Source: Toensbergia leucococca (lineage: Eukaryota). From it: a stretch of 64,000 nucleotides of DNA. The DNA lies in assembly GCA_022813965.1 (NCBI GenBank), contig JALDZS010000007.1, forward strand, positions 1 to 64,000, written 5' to 3'. Positions 42,035-55,011 of the stretch are shown piece after piece (position 1 is the stretch's first letter; each line of letters opens with the position of its first letter). The position numbers and the translations under genes are program-made. Below the pieces are notes generated by a model. That model had not been told where the DNA came from. It worked only from the letters and a program-made list of their open reading frames with translations, and ran no database searches.

Positions 42035-43731
42035 AGGGTTTGTTTATTTGCTTCGTGGTACTGGGAGCGTGCCCCATGTTAATCGGTCCGTTGCTATATG
42101 CTTTATGGGGTAGGGTCCTTGGATGAAACGGTAAAAGGCGAAGCCTGATTTCTCTTCCTTCTTTGAACGGGTGAGGGGGGGCGACAGCTGTATAGTTATT
42201 TAAAATTGGGAACCCACTTTTCATACGTGTGTGTATGTATCAAGTCCTCTGGCTCCAATTTCTTTAGTGGAAGATTAACCCATTCCCCCTTCCCCACCCG
42301 ACCTTTTTTTTCTCCCCCTTCGCTTAAGACATTGCTACACTGATCCTACCAACGCCCCCCATCCCCTTTTCCTAACCCCCCAAATGCTTCATTTTGGCCC
42401 CCCAAAAATTGAGAATAGAACAGTGAGGGGTTGATGCGACTGAAAGTGGGAGCTGGGTTGAGTTGGGTGAGCAGAGTGAGTTGAGAGGATTTGAATAAAA
42501 AGGATGGGCTTGAGAGGTGGAAAGGAAGGAGGGATCATGATGATTCTTTGTTTTGATGTTCATTCTGTGTGTTTTTTGCTGTTGATATGTTTTCTTTTTT
42601 TTCAAGACTTTTTTTTTTTTTTTTTAATTTTGTCAATGAGAGAGTTTTTTTTTCAGTAATCTGTTATAAGATATAATTAGTCTCAACTAGGTAGCCCCTC
42701 AGATGATGGACGGACTATTTCAACTAGCTAGTATCTTATATGACCAGATTATACGGTATGTGTTTTTGATTTTTTTGAAGGAAAGCCGGGGGGGTGGTGG
42801 TTCTTGTTTTGGTTTGAAGGAGGTAGCGCTTTGTGTAATCTGATCGCTATGCAGGAATGATAAAGAGACCGTTGCAGAAATGGAATTTCGGCTCGGCTAC
42901 ACGGCTTTACGTGTCGATGTGTGTGCGAGCTTTCGTATACGAAAGCGGTGCTTTGGCGGTGCTTTCTGTCGTGATATTTTTTTAAAACTATGTTTGGGAC
43001 GGGTGGTACCTTTTGTATGGGACAGTTGCGAGGGATGTCGTTGTGAAGCTTGGGCTGTGAGGGATAGATACGGTGACGTTTTGGGGTGGGGGGGAGCGAT
43101 CTTTTCTTTTTTGTTACTGGGGCAGCTTGAGGTGGGATGGGCTATGTGGTGTGGTGTGGTGTGGGGTGGGAGAATTGATGGTATTTGGACCCCTGGCGGC
43201 GAAGAAAGCAGGAATGCCTGTTTTTGTTCATGGAAAGTGAGAAAACGAGAAAAGGGGTTGAAAAAGCATGACGGACTTTGATCGTTGGTTGGGGGGGGGT
43301 TTTTTTTCCAAGAGGGTGATGAGGAACATATCTACTGCCATTGGTGATCATTTTTCCTGGAAGCTACTTTCCTCGTATGTGCTGCGTGGTGGTCAGTCCT
43401 CTGTATGTTGAGAGTTACTCCTTTTCAAGCCACTGTAGCTGTGAGCTGCCGTGTCTTCTATTGCTTTCTTTTGGACGAAATTGATATTGGTTCGGGTAGT
43501 GATATGCGATCAAGTCCTCGCACTGGCCGCTGGATTATTGATTCGGGGGAAGGGTTCTTTGTGGAGTTATGACGAGGGGCAGCAAAATGCCAATGACGAG
43601 AGGACTGATAGAGATGGAAAATTTTCTTGTTGGGGATCTGGTTTTTTCTTTTGCTAGATAATTGAGTGCTAGACCACCAATGCCACCGCCCCCCCAAGAT
43701 ATCATAACGCCTGGCAGAATCCGGGGGTAAT

Positions 43732-45320
43732 TCATTTGGCAACAGCAGCACTATTGACACCCAGATATCAGTCCTTATCATTTTATTGACAACCCAGCCA
43801 AGGGAGCAAAGAAACAAAAGATTATACCTAAGAACTTGCGTGCGGAAAAATCCACCTTTACAGAAGTAAATAAAAAGTCAGCACTGTATCTCTCTTGCAG
43901 ACACATACTTAGGATCAATAGAAAGAACCATACCTTTCGTTCTTTCTATTACGGCTTGATATACTGATTGTGGGGGGTGGTTCATGACTACTGTACCTTC
44001 TTGGTAATCGATTTTGGCGTCGACGCGGGTGTCGCGGATGAGGTTTACAATCCATTTCTCGCCTTCGTCTTGGGTGAGGCCCAGGCGGGTAGAGAGGTCT
44101 CTGGGGATTGGCGGTTAGTATTGGGAATTGGGTTGAGTGTGCAGATGTGGCTGGGTGGAGAAGAATGGGTAGTAAAATACATACTTAATATCTATCCTTT
44201 GATGAATCTTACAGTACGACTCTGAAATTAGATGTCTCGCCGCCTCCACAAACGGCTCTGCCGCCGACGAGAGGAAGAAATCCGCGCGGAGTACCTCCTC
44301 CGCCTCGCCCAGCTTTTTCTGCGCCTCCTCAAAATCAAAGTCAATGTACAAAGCCTTCACAAAATCTGTCACGGGGTCATTATATTCATAGCCCTCTTGC
44401 CTGACTACACGTACAAGGTCCTTGAGCTGTTTCTGATATTGGCCCGTGTTCCTGCTGCGGCTGCGATTGGTGATGACGGCAGCGGCAAGGTAGCGCAGGA
44501 TCCAGGGGCAGTTTGTTTGGATGGTGTTGATAAAGGGGGCAGAGAAGAGGAGGTCGGTGATGGTGTCGCGAGCGGATTCGAAGTTGAAAAAGGGGAAGAG
44601 AGACCAGTGGATGAGCCAGGTGCGGTGTTCGAGTTGGGCTAGCGGATTATTGAAGAGTTTGGTGTCGATGGATTCTTTGACTTTGTTGATCTCCTCCATG
44701 ACGACTTCCCAGTCGTTTGTCAGGATATCGGAGGCTAATTTTCCCCAAGTTGCGGAGGTGGCTTTGTCGTTGTCAGTGGAGAGGATGCGGAACTGGTCGA
44801 GGAGGTGAGAAGCGTCGCCGTAGCTACCGCAGTTGTATTGAAAGCGCCCGTAATCGTAAAGCATATCTACCATCTCGATGGTGACGCCGTGTTGCTGTTC
44901 GAGGAATTTCAAATTGGCAACTTTGTCGCTGCGGAGATTGGACACAACGCTGTCGTCGTTCAGTAGCTCGTCGATCTGGCTTGTCTCTTCGGTAAAGAGC
45001 TGCAATCTTTGCAGTACCTCCTCCCTCTTCCTTGTGAATTCCTCGGGTACGGTGTCGCTGTCATTGATCTCTCGCCAAAGATTGGCAACGTAGTCAGTCA
45101 TGTTTGTAGCTTTTAGCAGCTCGTACTTCGTCTTGGTCATATCCGTAAAGTCATCGCCATCTTGACCTGACAGGAATTCGAGGAGAGGAAATATCAAATG
45201 TCTGTCGAGGTGGGGAATGAGCTTGGGGAGTAGGTCATATTCTTCAGCGGGGCTTTTTTGAACACGATGGTTTGCGCCATTAGTTGTGGTACCGTTGATT
45301 ACGGGCACGTTGTCCGCCAT
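43732..45320 (-). CDS. int6: Translation initiation factor eIF3 subunit e (Int6). Exons 45320-44185, 44100-43934, 43855-43828, 43750-43732
   Basis: [42 protein letters not shown] and [18 protein letters not shown]. The ORF-track start at 45380 is a TTG; the ATG is at 45320. Confidence 0.94.
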
Positions 45321-45532
45321 GTTTGGGGTGGTATCTAGAAACAAATTCGAGTTTGTACCGAAAGTCTCAATTTCACTCAAGACCTCGCTGGCGGAATCAA
45401 ATTGTGTGCCAAGCTTTTGGAACTAGCGCCAGCCGCGGGCGCTATTCTAGTCTTGCAGATCCGTGCGATGCATGGCCCGAGGGCCTCAAGGATGCAAAGT
45501 GTAGATGAGGAGAAATCATTTCAGTGCCTACT

Positions 45533-46079
45533 ATGGTGCCACTGCCATCTCTCATGCCGTTCCTCCACCCCCTTCCTCCCCCGAGAGCTTTATTCGCCCG
45601 CCACTTTTTGCGGCGAATGATATCCACTACCTCTCAAGTCCATCATGAAGGTAAGCTTCTCCCCCGAGTTCCCCCCAGCACTCACTTACACTATTCCTGA
45701 ATAGCATCAGCAGCATCTCCAGCATCTCCAGCCTCTCAGTCTACTCAAGGCTCACCTCCCCCGATCTTGAATTACCACGTCCACCGTACCGCTTCGAACC
45801 AGCTACCTATCTATCATTTAGCCAAGCGTGGAGGAAATCTTCACCAGACACGGATACGCAAGATAGATGGAGACATTGCAGAGTTACGAGATGAGCTGCA
45901 GCGGGCGCTAAAGTTGAAGGAGGAAAATATTGTGATCAATCAATTGACAAGACATATTATCATAAAGGTAATGTGGCATCTTAAAGTCATTACGCGAATC
46001 CAAGACTAACAGGAATTGTGCTGAAAAGGGCTGGATGAAGGCGGATGTTGCCAAGTTTCTGGAAAACAGGCAGTTCTAG
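45533..46079 (+). CDS. img2: Mitochondrial ribosomal protein mL49 (Img2). Exons 45533-45650, 45705-45967, 46029-46079
   Basis: YHVHRTASNQLPIY..KRGGN...TRIRKIDGD...HIIIKGW...V.KFL....F*; Arg-containing presequence-like exon 1. Confidence 0.87.
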
Positions 46080-46124
46080 ATTCCTCGAGCATCACGTTGG
46101 TTCGCATTTGGACTATGATTATAT

Positions 46125-46132
46125 TGTACATA
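46125..46132 (+). promoter_or_regulatory. Puf3-type element TGTACATA in the img2 3' UTR
   Basis: Exact UGUAHAUA match about 46 nt after the stop codon of a mitoribosomal gene. Confidence 0.55.
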
Positions 46133-46392
46133 ATTCTCCGTCTCGGGACAACTTATCCCAGAATCTGATACGCTATCCAAGCTATTGCTGCAACGATGCT
46201 GATACCCGATGCCATGCCTGACCATCCTTGCACCAGCACACGTATGGTAGTACACGAGACTCATACAAACCCCTCAATCATGTCCGCTAAACCCAAAATA
46301 CGCCCCATGGTATTATGCAAGGCTGTGATATTGTTGCTATTTCCCAATCACGGAATGTTGACAGTGCCTCGCTTGCTCTATCCAATGCATAT

Positions 46393-49300
46393 TCAAATCT
46401 CCATTCCCGAATAAGCACATAGTTGCCGTACCACATTACCATCTATGTTCGTTGTTAATAGCGCTCCAATCAAGCTTTCTCTCCTTGGCAGTACTCCAGT
46501 TGGAATACCAACACCAGGCGTCTCCGCATCTCTGGCTCTTTCTGCAAGTTTTCGTAGTACAGCTATTCCGCGATGCGTGATCATGCCGTACGCTTGGGGA
46601 TCAAGATCCGCAATCCTTCCACCGGAAGGATGGCGCTGTGAGACCGACGCGCGATCAGAACTTAGTAAAGAGACAAGTCGCACAAGACTCATTGCAAACC
46701 CATCCTGAGAAGAAAGCCATGATTGTGCCAGCGCATGCTCTTGGCTAGGCACAAGACTAGCTAAGATTTCGGCAGCTAGCATTCCCTGTGCCAAATACGG
46801 TTTTCGAGCTTCGACAGTGGCCAATAGGCTCAGCTTTCCATGTTCAGGAATCGGAGCTATCGCGAGAGCAAAAGTCCTAGTCAAAAGATCGTACGGTGGC
46901 GTTGAACTGTTGTCTGCAGCAAAAATGGATCTATAAAAGGTTCGATTTGGATCATCCCGAGCAAGAAGTTTTGCAAGACTGTCTACTGCTGGTGGAAGAT
47001 ACGGATGGGTTGAGGGGTTATAGGAAGAAAACATGACTTCTTCACTTCCTGCGTTGGTTGGTGGGGGACATGGCGCGAACGATAATAGGAAATGGAGCAT
47101 GCATGATGCTTCCTCCTTACTGGGCAGGTCAATTGTATGGGACAAGTTGCTCAGATAGATGACGATATCTTTAGTGAAGTCGAGTGTATTCCTGTAGGTA
47201 CGCAGCAACAAATTTCGAGTTCCGAGGTACCGGATCACAGTCGTCATAAATTTAACCACAATAGGATCCGCCAGCAGAGGAAAGTTTGTTTCGAAAAACG
47301 AGAGGTTGCGTAGGATGGTGGTGATGCAAATTAATCGATCAACTGATCGATCAAGATCGTAGTCGAGACTACCAAATTCTGGTACTTCCTGCAACGTTTC
47401 ATTTTCAAAGCGGCAGCCTCGAACGATCTCTTCATAAGGGCTGATAAGCATAACATCAGATACCTCGACGGCGTTCTCTGCAAGAAGCTCAACTTGTTCT
47501 TCGGCACAGTCGATGAGTGTTTCCATCAAGTCTTCGCAATCTTCCAAGGATGGTGGGCGGGGTTCAATTGAAAGAGAGGCCAGTGTATCAAGTGCAAGCC
47601 GGACCTCGGCGTGTATACCTGAGCGTAATGACATAGTTAAAGCTCGGATATCAATCATTCCAAGCTCCTGGATGGTAGGTACATTAGGTTTGTACAACAC
47701 TACTTGATCGACGATATCTCTAAAACTGGAGACCTGGATCCCTCCATGACTTTCGACGCCATCTTTTCTCTTCTCGAGATGTTGAAATTTTGGCACAAAG
47801 TTTGAGTCTATGGGCGCTTTCCGAGGCATGCTACTTGCTGGATCTGAGGATACAACAGGTTCAAGATTAGTGCCTGCATATGTCTCCTTCTTACTGTTAG
47901 CGGAGCCTGGTTGAGACGGGAATGGCGGCTGCTGTGCCTGAGGCGGGGTCACTTGTGGAGCAAATGATTGGCCTTGCTGCGATTGGCCGTAAAAATTTGA
48001 ATGTCGGCCTTGGAGATGGCTCGACTGTGGAGTCAGGAAGCCATTCTGATGTGGATGACGAGACTCATTTGGTTGAGGAATCATCTGCTTCACCGGAGTT
48101 TGATGCTCAGCTTGCGTTTGTCGCTGAGGTTGCATGGGGTGCTGTGCTTGCTGATCGTGCATTTGCTGGGTAATTGGCTTGACAGGGGAGAATTGGTCGT
48201 GTGCCGATATATCACCACCTTGAGCGTGGTGCGTCGCCTGCATCTGTTCCGCCATAGCTCGTTGACGCCGTTGCTGATCGGTCTGCCACCAGACGTGTTC
48301 ATAGGCAGATACGTTTATGTGCCAATAATTCTGGATTTCCTGACCAGCACTTGGGCACTGTATAGGAGGAATCTGTAAAAAGGCTGCGATAGAGGGCCAC
48401 TGACTCGTCGTGGTTACTTTCTTTGAGCCACCATGCTTCATGACTGCCATGAAGACCTGTCCTATGTTGATAGGCCGTCCAGCGGCTGTGGGATTGGGAT
48501 TGAGTGGCAAACCGCGCTGTTGCATGAAGTGCGCCAGTGTTCTCATGAAGTCGTCAGGGTTTCGACTTCGCATCATATTCTGTTGCATTTGCTGCGAGCG
48601 TGCTGCCATCTGATAGCTCGCCATTTGGTTTGAGGGATTGGTAGCTGGATTCAGTGCACTGCCTGGATGTCGTTGTTGAGCGGCCGCATTACTCGGTTGT
48701 AGATGTCGCGAAAGCTGTTGCTGCCTGATCTCATACATTCGTTGTTGCTGCTGCTGCTGCTGTTGTAGACTCGAGGGGACCTGGGCATACTGGGATGAAG
48801 GGATAGCACCACTAGACGAGCCGGTTGGTGGTGTGAAAGGTTGTCCCGAGCCACCATTGTAGGGCATGCCTTGTCCGAAGTGTTGAGCGCCGTTCTGAGG
48901 AGTATTGACTTGGCTTCCTTGGTCAGAGTGTGCTGGTGAAGCCTGCGAGCCAAAGGCTTGGACCGCAGGAGAGAAGGGGGACGGAGAGATTGTCTGCACA
49001 CGTTGTGGAACAGACTGGGAGTTGAAGTTCTGATTTTGCATAGTCGGCGATGAGCTAGCGTTACTGCCAGTATGTTGGAGATGCTGGTATGCTGTCGGTG
49101 CCTGAAATTGCTGTCCACCATTCGTACTTCCTTGAAATCCCGGGTAGGGCACTTGTTGAGGTGTTTGCGAACGTGACGTGGGGAGAGCTCCGGTAGGCTG
49201 ACGTGGAGACGCGCCCATACTGTCTTCTCTCGGTCGAGGTCTTTTCGAAGGCACAACAGCATGGGTCTGGTACATGGGATTCTGGAACGCCGGTGAACCA

Positions 49301-49476
49301 TTACGTACGTTTCCATTGTGCATGCGCTGTTGAAGTTGTTGATTCTGTAGTTGGTTGAAGTCAAACGGTGCCGATGTCGGGATTTGCATAAAGGCCATGG
49401 ATGGGTCGAGGGAAGGATTGAAGGCCCCATTGTCATTGCTTAGGCCGGAATGAGTGTCGTTGAGCCAGGTACTCAT
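46393..49476 (-). CDS. swi1: ARID-domain SWI/SNF subunit Swi1/Sol1-like, 1027 aa
   Basis: Gln/Pro-rich N-terminus, ARID region (VFMAVMKHGGSKKV...WPSIA) and C-terminal helical block LTMSLRSGIHAEVRLALDTL...TILRNLSF. Confidence 0.88.
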   Translation of the reverse strand: MSTWLNDTHSGLSNDNGAFNPSLDPSMAFMQIPTSAPFDFNQLQNQQLQQRMHNGNVRNGSPAFQNPMYQTHAVVPSKRPRPREDSMGASPRQPTGALPTSRSQTPQQVPYPGFQGSTNGGQQFQAPTAYQHLQHTGSNASSSPTMQNQNFNSQSVPQRVQTISPSPFSPAVQAFGSQASPAHSDQGSQVNTPQNGAQHFGQGMPYNGGSGQPFTPPTGSSSGAIPSSQYAQVPSSLQQQQQQQQRMYEIRQQQLSRHLQPSNAAAQQRHPGSALNPATNPSNQMASYQMAARSQQMQQNMMRSRNPDDFMRTLAHFMQQRGLPLNPNPTAAGRPINIGQVFMAVMKHGGSKKVTTTSQWPSIAAFLQIPPIQCPSAGQEIQNYWHINVSAYEHVWWQTDQQRRQRAMAEQMQATHHAQGGDISAHDQFSPVKPITQQMHDQQAQHPMQPQRQTQAEHQTPVKQMIPQPNESRHPHQNGFLTPQSSHLQGRHSNFYGQSQQGQSFAPQVTPPQAQQPPFPSQPGSANSKKETYAGTNLEPVVSSDPASSMPRKAPIDSNFVPKFQHLEKRKDGVESHGGIQVSSFRDIVDQVVLYKPNVPTIQELGMIDIRALTMSLRSGIHAEVRLALDTLASLSIEPRPPSLEDCEDLMETLIDCAEEQVELLAENAVEVSDVMLISPYEEIVRGCRFENETLQEVPEFGSLDYDLDRSVDRLICITTILRNLSFFETNFPLLADPIVVKFMTTVIRYLGTRNLLLRTYRNTLDFTKDIVIYLSNLSHTIDLPSKEEASCMLHFLLSFAPCPPPTNAGSEEVMFSSYNPSTHPYLPPAVDSLAKLLARDDPNRTFYRSIFAADNSSTPPYDLLTRTFALAIAPIPEHGKLSLLATVEARKPYLAQGMLAAEILASLVPSQEHALAQSWLSSQDGFAMSLVRLVSLLSSDRASVSQRHPSGGRIADLDPQAYGMITHRGIAVLRKLAERARDAETPGVGIPTGVLPRRESLIGALLTTNIDGNVVRQLCAYSGMEI

Positions 49477-50721
49477 ATCGATCCAACGTTGCAGTGACCC
49501 ATCTGCTACAACGTCCGGCGGTTAGCATCTTTTCCAACGTTAGGCGATTCTCAAGGTCAACAGCGACGAGGAGACGGATGAATATTGGAGGCGTCGTGTG
49601 TCACAAGGCAACGCGCCGAGCCGCCAGGTCCACCGACAACAATATAGGCTGGAGGCTGAAGTGGATGCATTTTCCCCACAAGCAGGCGGCCGTAGTGTGA
49701 AGGAGAGCGAAGGGCAGCAGTGAAGAGAAGACTCATAAGCAAGAGAGCGGCATAGAGAAATGCTCACCTGAGATTGCAAGATTCCGATTCGCTGGACCGG
49801 CAATAATTGTCAGAGCGTTGGACAGGTTGAGGCTGTCACTAACTTACATCACGTTCTCCACTCAACGTGCAGCAAACTGCCATCACGATCTAAGTATCAG
49901 CACATGGAAGCTTATCCTTGACAATAATACAGCATAGGAATGCGCCAGATGAGGGGACGCCTCGATTTGGTGTGGCACGCATCCGACGCCCGGCGGCCAC
50001 GGTCGCGCAAGGAGACTTCGGACGGAGCGAACAGGCTGGGCAACACTCACCAGGGCAAAACAAAGGAAGTGTAGCATACCTTTTCTTTCCCGCAGGATGG
50101 ATCAAGTGGCAGGACAAAGCCGATAGTTTCAATAGGCAGGTCAGGTACCAGGAAGGTGGGGGTTAGGCTGCTTCGTGATCAAAGGGGAAGCGGATTCATT
50201 CGGGGATTCTGGGGCTAGCGCAATCGATGCTTTGGGAGATCCAGTGGTAGATTAATATTCGTCCCGGCAAATAACATGATAGCCCAGTATCTATGCTTAT
50301 GCAACTGCGTGATTCCTGGTGGCCTAGATGTGACCTTCCAACAGACGTGAGCGGGTAAGCCAGCTGAGACCGAAAACGAGTCGCAGCTAAAACACCCCAG
50401 CCACCAAACGAGCCAATCAGCACGCAAAGAGTGCAATCATCATGTCTGGCCTCTTTGCAGATCCTGATATTCAGCATTGACGTTGATCTATGATTAATAT
50501 CTGTAGTACTCTACAGTTTCCTCTCTCCAGTAATCATCTTGACGAGTTTAAGTTTTCTCAAATCATAGAATAGGTAAATAAGAGAGGAGACATGGCATGC
50601 CAATTAAGAGGATTACTGCATCCTGAAACCTTTTTTAAACTACAATTTCTGCAACGGATAACACCGCATGTAATCAAGCTAACCTAGCCAGTTGGGAACA
50701 TTTACGAGTAACGTATGTACG

Positions 50722-50778
50722 ATGAGTATAATGAGTATGATGAGTATGATGTGTATGATGAGTATGATGTGTATAATG
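50722..50778. repeat. 9-bp tandem repeat (ATGWGTATR), about 6 copies
   Basis: ATGAGTATA ATGAGTATG ATGAGTATG ATGTGTATG ATGAGTATG ATGTGTATA ATG; intergenic. Confidence 0.9.
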
Positions 50779-51486
50779 TTTGCGAGTCATGAGATTCGAA
50801 TTGCAGATGGGCATGCTGATGTATGATTTTGACAAATTCACCTCACCACATGGCAGAATGTATGTCCAGGTACGGCATTGATTTATCATACAGATACACC
50901 AGCGCAATATTTTATCCTGGCCATGTCGGCAACAGCGCCTTAGCACACATTGCGCACTCTCGCAGTAGGTCTACTTTGATGCCAATAATTTTCCAATATC
51001 GAGTATCCTTCTCTGCTATGTGAGGTGTGCTCGAACCTACCTAAATTAAAATACAAAGTAAATTAGCAAGTCTAAGGTCCTCTTCGTAAATTGGCTTCTT
51101 GCATTAAGACTTCATAAATTGCAATTCGCTCTGAGAGGTGGTGACGCCTATCCAATGTCCTGGCTCACTGGGTAGATATCAAGCGTCGTTGAACACATAC
51201 ATGCATATGCAAATCTTCGCAGATTCATGTCATACCTTAAAGTGCCTGTATCTTGGAAAGGGGAAGCGATAAGCATGCTCGGGAGCTCGGGTAGGCTAAG
51301 GTCAGCAAGCATTATGCACGTGACTTTGATCTCAACAACACCAGTGAGTGCCAGCCAGTGACGAGTATGCCAGTAAAGTCTCATCATCTACATCTCCCAA
51401 ATCGACGCCGCACCTTTGCTCATCCTTGAACCTCATCCAGATATCAAGAAGCTCTTTTCTCCAGCTCGAAAAGATCTTGCTCAGTT

Positions 51487-53028
51487 ATGGGGGACGTCGT
51501 CGTTGAGAACCCAGCGAATGTTGTCGCGCCGCACAGGAAGCCGCCTCCCTCGAACTCAATACCCAACATAGACTCTTTAGAAGGGATTGGAAACGATGGA
51601 AGTGATGAATATTCAATGTTGAAGAAGCTCCAGAGACATCTTGAGTATTAGGGGACTCTACGCTGATTCTTACGGCCGCTGCTGACTCACTATTAGATAT
51701 ATAAATCTACAGGAGGAGTATATCAAGGATGAGCAACGGTACGGGCGTGGTTACTGATCCTCATGAACTTTGCTAAGATGAGTCCATGAATACAGGAGTC
51801 TCAAAAGAGAACTGGTTCGAGCCCAGGAAGAGATCAAGAGGATACAAAGTGTGCCCCTTGTGATCGGGCAGTTCATGGAGGCAATTGATCAGAAGTACTT
51901 AAAAGCTAAGACAATCATTCTCGAGGCTTTTGGCTAATGTCGTTCCAGCACTGGCATTGTTCAATCATCCACCGGCTCAAATTATGTTGTCCGCATTCTA
52001 TCTACTCTTGACCGAGAAAAGCTTAAGCCTTCATCTTCTGTTGCGCTCCACCGTCATTCCAATTCCCTCGTTGATATCCTTCCCCCGGAAGCCGACTCGT
52101 CGATAGCTATGCTTGGTGCTCATGAGAAGCCTGATGTCACATACGCGGACGTTGGAGGACTGGATATGCAGAAACAGGAGATTCGTGAAGCCGTCGAGCT
52201 GCCTTTAACACACTTTGACTTATATAAGCAAATTGGTGGGTCGTTGATTCTGGGCACAGAAAATCCAAAGCTAGGTTGACATAGCATAGGAATCGATCCT
52301 CCTCGTGGTGTTCTCCTATACGGCCCTCCAGGCACCGGCAAGACCATGCTTGTCAAAGCTGTGGCCAATAGTACCACCGCGAATTTTATCCGCGTAGTAG
52401 GATCTGAATTCGTGCAGAAATATTTAGGGGAAGGACCTCGTATGGTTCGCGATGTCTTCCGTATGGCCCGAGAGAACTCTCCTGCCATCATTTTCATTGA
52501 TGAGATTGACGCCATTGCCACTAAGCGATTTGATGCACAGACAGGCGCAGATCGTGAAGTTCAACGTATTCTACTGGAGCTGCTAAATCAAATGGACGGT
52601 TTTGATCAAACAAGCAATGTCAAAGTTATCATGGCGACAAACCGTGCGGACACCCTGGATCCTGCATTGCTGAGACCTGGACGTCTTGATCGTAAGATCG
52701 AATTCCCCTCGCTGCGGGACCGAAGGGAGCGAAGGCTGATTTTTACCACCATCTCCTCAAAGATGTCCCTATCGCCTGAGGTAGACATGGATTCATTGAT
52801 CATCCGTAACGACCCTCTCTCCGGGGCTATCATCGCAGCTATAATGCAGGAAGCTGGTCTAAGGGCTGTGAGAAAGAATAGGTATAACATCATTCAGTCA
52901 GACCTAGAGGATGCTTATTCTAGTCAAGTGAAAGGGGCACAAGAGGCAGAAAAGTGAGCTAGCACCATGATCTATTCCCACTGCGGTATTTGACTAACTG
53001 CTGTATCAGATTCGACTTTTATAAGTGA
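51487..53028 (+). CDS. rpt3: 26S proteasome AAA-ATPase Rpt3. Exons 51487-51644, 51697-51738, 51796-51894, 51949-52235, 52290-52953, 53010-53028
   Basis: [43 protein letters not shown] and C-terminal FDFYK (HbYX). Confidence 0.96.
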
Positions 53029-53506
53029 ATTCCGCATAGCGTCACTCGTCTGTGTCCTCAGCTAAGCAGCAATGTTATGGGTTTGGACTCTGCAACCACG
53101 GCGTACGCCACCCACACATGTAAATTAAGTGCATTTGGTGTCTTTGATACCCTTTGAATTAGCGATGAGATGTGAAAATCCGGTCATCAAACCACAGCCT
53201 CTGTAACACTCAAAGACTTCTTTAAACTGTGATCATCTTCGTGGTCTTGTGCCAACAATCAGCTCCCCACCTATGAATGAAGTGGACGTTGCGGGTAGAC
53301 TATTACATAAGCTAAAACAGTCACCACCAAGTCCTTGATGCGTCGTCATGCGCCATCAAGGCAACACCCAGCCACTCGTCTACAACGTCAACAGACCTCA
53401 TCTTCATCCACAACCACACATACTCTTCATCGATCTTTCATACTCAAAATATCTGTCTTGAGAATAGTGACTTCGTTCTGCGGTTAGACCACCATCTCCC
53501 GCAATT

Positions 53507-55011
<1,505 letters not shown>

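Noticed and set aside
51282..51287. GGAGCT upstream of rpt3 as an Rpn4-type proteasome element
   Set aside because: A single 6-mer is expected by chance; no GGTGGCAAA seen.
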